Below the pieces are notes generated by a model. It was not told the origin of the DNA. It searched no databases and worked only from the letters and a program-made list of their open reading frames with translations. A program made the position numbers and the translations under genes. 64,000 bases of DNA from an uncultured delta proteobacterium (GTDB taxonomy: Bacteria; Desulfobacterota; Binatia; Binatales; Binataceae): the NCBI GenBank assembly GCA_963808235.1, contig CAWEEQ010000004.1, positions 1,120,001 through 1,184,000 on the forward strand, in the 5' to 3' direction. Below, one piece after another: positions 60,890 to 64,000 of this stretch (the first letter of the stretch is position 1; each line of letters begins with the position of its first letter).

Positions 60890-61716
60890 CGGCGCCGCAT
60901 AGTCATCTCCTCGAGGGCTCGCCGCGCCTGCATTACCTGGAATGGAATCCCAATGCCGAGCAGACGATCGTGCTGCTGCATGGCAACTCCGCGAATGCAT
61001 GGTGGTGGGATCCTGTGGCGGGTGCGGCCAGCACAAAATTTCGGCTGCTCGCGCTCGATCAACGCGGGCATGGCGATAGCGAATGGGTGAGGCCGCCGTC
61101 GTACTCGCCACTAGACTACGCGCGCGATCTTGCGAGGTTCGTCGAGCATGTAAGCGCCGGCCGGCAGAAGCCGGTGGTGGTCGGTCACAGCATGGGCGGG
61201 CTCAACGTGCTCGCGTTTGCGCTCCAAAGTCCCGAAGCTGCTCGCGGGGTGTTGGCGATCGACATCGCGATCACGTCGAGTCGTGGGCGCGATCGTTATC
61301 TTAGGCGACTCAAGGCGCTGCCGCTTGTGACCTATCCCGATCTCGACACGGCGAAGGCTCGTTTTCGCCTGATGCCGGATGAAGGCGGAATCGCGATCGG
61401 GATATTGCACGAGATCGCGGAAAAAAGCCTCGCGCGAACTGAAGAAGGGCGATGGACGCTCAAGTTCGATCGCGAGAGCTTTCTGGGCGGCGATGGGCTC
61501 GCGGTGCTGGACACGATCAAGGAGATTCGGATTCCGATGATGCTGGTGCGCGCGGAGCGGAGCAGAATCATGACGGTGGAAGGATTGGAGAGTGCGCGGG
61601 TCGCGAATCCGCAGCTCCGCGCAATTACGATTCCCGACGCGCATCATCACGTACTGCTGGAGAAGCCCGAGGAGGTTGCACGCGCGATCGAAACGTTCGC
61701 GGCGAGCCTCGACTAG
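60886..61716 (+). CDS. Alpha/beta hydrolase (tandem paralogue)
   Basis: LHG, DQRGHGDS, GHSMGG, AHHH; ATGA overlap. Confidence 0.9.
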   Translation: MTAPHSHLLEGSPRLHYLEWNPNAEQTIVLLHGNSANAWWWDPVAGAASTKFRLLALDQRGHGDSEWVRPPSYSPLDYARDLARFVEHVSAGRQKPVVVGHSMGGLNVLAFALQSPEAARGVLAIDIAITSSRGRDRYLRRLKALPLVTYPDLDTAKARFRLMPDEGGIAIGILHEIAEKSLARTEEGRWTLKFDRESFLGGDGLAVLDTIKEIRIPMMLVRAERSRIMTVEGLESARVANPQLRAITIPDAHHHVLLEKPEEVARAIETFAASLD

Positions 61717-62147
61717 AAAACTTTTTCCATTTGGCGATGCGCGATGCCGGCTTCCTCGAAAACGCCGCCGACCCGCGTGAAGCCTTCTTTCAAGTAAAAT
61801 CCTTCAGCTGAAACTTGCGCATGCAAGATGGCTTTTCGCGACCCGCGCGACTGCGCCCGATCGATCAGAAAGCGAAGGATATCGCGGCCGACTCCGGTCC
61901 CGCGATATTCTGGCAGCACGGCCATGCGGCCGATCTTTACTTCATCGCCGTGGTCGAGCATCCGGCCGCATCCGATCGCGGCGCCGTCCATAGTCGCGAG
62001 CGCATGGAACGCGCGCGCATCGTCGTCGTCGAGCTCGATCTCTTCGGGAACACGCTGCTCTTCGATGAAGACGCGGCGCCGGATCGCATAGGCGCGCGCC
62101 ATGTCGGCGGGCGATTCGATCGCGATCACTTTCACCTGGCGAGCCAC
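61713..62147 (-). CDS. GNAT acetyltransferase (ElaA/YjcF-like)
   Basis: IRRRVFIEEQ, KIGRMAV..YRGTGVG, HAQ..A.GFY, EAGIAH. Confidence 0.88.
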   Translation of the reverse strand: MARQVKVIAIESPADMARAYAIRRRVFIEEQRVPEEIELDDDDARAFHALATMDGAAIGCGRMLDHGDEVKIGRMAVLPEYRGTGVGRDILRFLIDRAQSRGSRKAILHAQVSAEGFYLKEGFTRVGGVFEEAGIAHRQMEKVF

Positions 62148-62268
62148 GTAACTTTCAGTAGCGTGCGAATCGTGAAGCGTCAAATGCGCTTATGGCTGAA
62201 AGCGAGGCTTATGCTACGCTCCGCGCAAGGGGGCGCGATTGGATCCGGAGTTGGCGCGGGAGACATTG

Positions 62269-63249
62269 ATGCCGCAAATTTCCGAAACGATATTGGCGCC
62301 CGAACTCGAAGGCGGGCAATGGATTCAGCACGGCCCGGTCGCGCTCAAGGATTTGCGCGACAAGGCGGTCGTGCTGGTCGATTTCTGGGACTACACCTGC
62401 GTCAATTGCATCCGCACGTTACCTTACGTGGTGGGATGGAATCGCAGGTACGCCGGGTCGGGTCTGGTGATCGTCGGCGTGCATGCGCCCGAATTTTCGT
62501 TCGCGCGCGAGGGTTCTCATGTCGCGGAGGCGGCGGCGCGTTTTGGCCTCGAATACCCAATCGTGCTGGATAACGAATACGCAATCTGGCGCGCGTACTC
62601 GAATCGATTCTGGCCGGCTAAGTACCTGATCGATTCCAAGGGACGAATCCGCTACTACCATTTCGGCGAGGGCGCCTACCAGGAAAGCGAAGTAGCTATT
62701 CAGGGATTGCTGCGCGAACTGAATCCCAATGTGAGTTTGCCGCCGCCAATGGAACCGGTGCGCGACACCGATCGTCCCGGCGCGGTCTGTTATCGCGTTA
62801 CGCCGGAGCTATATCTCGGACACGCGCGCGGACAATTCGGAAATCCTGAAGGCATCGCGCGAGACAAGCCGCATGACTATCGCGATATCGGGCCGCACAT
62901 GGAGGGCATGAGTTATCTTGCCGGGCGATGGCGCGTCGAGCAGGAAGCGGCACGCGCCGAGGCAGTGGGTGCGGCGATTTCGCTCAAGTACACGTCGAAG
63001 GACGTCAACCTCGTGATGGCCCCGCCGGCGGGTGTGAGCGTTCGCTTGGAGATCGTGCTCGACGGCGCGCAGCGTGCCGGCGACGACGTCAAGTTTGACC
63101 GCGAGCGCGGCTTCATCAATGTCGATCGGCCCAGGATGTATAGCTTGGTCGCTAACGATTCGGTCGTTTCGGGAGCGGTTACGCTGAAGGCGGAGCAGGC
63201 CGGCGTTTCGCTGTACGCGTTCACATTTATCTCCTGCACCGTCACGTAG
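62269..63249 (+). CDS. DipZ-like thioredoxin-fold protein (redoxin plus C-terminal domain, no TM domain)
   Basis: DFWDYTCVNCIR, GVHAPEF, WPAKYLID, TPELYLG, YAFTF. Confidence 0.85.
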   Translation: MPQISETILAPELEGGQWIQHGPVALKDLRDKAVVLVDFWDYTCVNCIRTLPYVVGWNRRYAGSGLVIVGVHAPEFSFAREGSHVAEAAARFGLEYPIVLDNEYAIWRAYSNRFWPAKYLIDSKGRIRYYHFGEGAYQESEVAIQGLLRELNPNVSLPPPMEPVRDTDRPGAVCYRVTPELYLGHARGQFGNPEGIARDKPHDYRDIGPHMEGMSYLAGRWRVEQEAARAEAVGAAISLKYTSKDVNLVMAPPAGVSVRLEIVLDGAQRAGDDVKFDRERGFINVDRPRMYSLVANDSVVSGAVTLKAEQAGVSLYAFTFISCTVT

Positions 63250-63281
63250 CGTGCCGATTGCGCGTGGAGGGCGAATTCACG

Positions 63282-64000
63282 ATGGCAGAGCGAGTGGAGA
63301 GGGCGAGCGATCAGCAAATTCGGGAAGCTGCCGAGATGATCATGGCGGCGCGATACCCGATCGCGCTGACTGGTGCGGGGATGTCGGTCGAGAGCGGAAT
63401 CCCGCCGTTTCGCGGGCCGGGCGGACTATGGACCAAGTACGGCGAGCCGCCGATGAATGGGTTCCAGCGTTTCATGGCCGATCCGAAAAAGGCTTGGGAA
63501 GATCGGCTGACCAAACGCAACGATGAACTCTTCAAACCGCTTGCGGTTGCGAAGCCGAATCCTGGTCACATCGCGCTGGTGGAGTTGGAGCGCCACGGAG
63601 TCCTGCGCTTTATGATCACGCAAAACGTGGATGACCTCCACAAGCAGGCGGGACAAAAGGCGCTTGCGGAAATTCACGGCAACTGGACGCTGATTCGATG
63701 CCTTGATTGCAACTCGCGCTTTCATGGAGACGCGATCAGTCTGGAGAAGTTGCCGCCCGAATGTCCACGATGCGGAGGCCTGCTGAAGTCTGACACGGTC
63801 TCGTTCGGTGAACCGATTCCGATCGACGTGCTGAAGATGTGTGCGGAACATTCGGCGCGTGCAGACCTGGTAATCGTGGCGGGAACTTCCGCGACAGTTT
63901 ATCCGGCTGCGGGATTCGCGCTCGAAGTAAAGCAGCGCGGTGGAATTTTGATCGAAGCAAATCTTTACGAATCGGAGATCACGCGGATATGCGACGCGAG
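63282..64000 (+). CDS. Sir2-family NAD-dependent deacylase, truncated by the window end
   Basis: TGAGMSVESGIPPFRG, TQNVDDLH, EIHGN, CxxC..CxxC, GTSATVYPAAG. Confidence 0.92.
   Translation, partial: MAERVERASDQQIREAAEMIMAARYPIALTGAGMSVESGIPPFRGPGGLWTKYGEPPMNGFQRFMADPKKAWEDRLTKRNDELFKPLAVAKPNPGHIALVELERHGVLRFMITQNVDDLHKQAGQKALAEIHGNWTLIRCLDCNSRFHGDAISLEKLPPECPRCGGLLKSDTVSFGEPIPIDVLKMCAEHSARADLVIVAGTSATVYPAAGFALEVKQRGGILIEANLYESEITRICDA

Noticed and set aside
63282-64000. Sir2 protein as an anti-phage NADase
   Set aside because: It has the zinc-finger cysteines and motifs of housekeeping CobB-type deacylases and sits among ordinary genes.

Overview
GC-rich bacterial chromosomal window; the gene style (DUF1329, sulfotransferase and hydrolase paralogues) suggests a soil lineage such as Ca. 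Binatota, but that is inference only. Main contents, left to right: small exported proteins, a CYTH-like protein and an enoyl-CoA hydratase; four tandem sulfotransferases followed by three GT2 glycosyltransferases (3.4-10.5 kb); UspA, YceI, an ECF sigma factor-DUF151 nuclease fusion and a methyltransferase; a sensor-less sigma54 activator with a close paralogue at 54 kb; tRNA-Lys(UUU) followed by a 3.4-kb integrase-less islet bounded by a perfect 17-bp repeat, carrying a MacB-type permease, an RxxxxH (HEPN-like) protein and a Schlafen/AlbA_2 protein; a poly-HAMP hybrid kinase locus; MFS transporter and pgi; a caa3 oxidase plus Rieske/cytochrome b-c respiratory cluster interrupted by an antisense chalcone-isomerase-like gene; a Tad/Flp pilus cluster with two pilins and a sigma54-type promoter; xdhC-mocA; ECF/anti-sigma/His-rich periplasmic protein; hydrolases, a DipZ-like redoxin and a Sir2 gene cut by the window end. 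Four single-base frameshifts are visible and may be sequencing errors. I saw no CRISPR array, rRNA, transposase or integrase. Family calls come from motif recognition by eye, not database searches.
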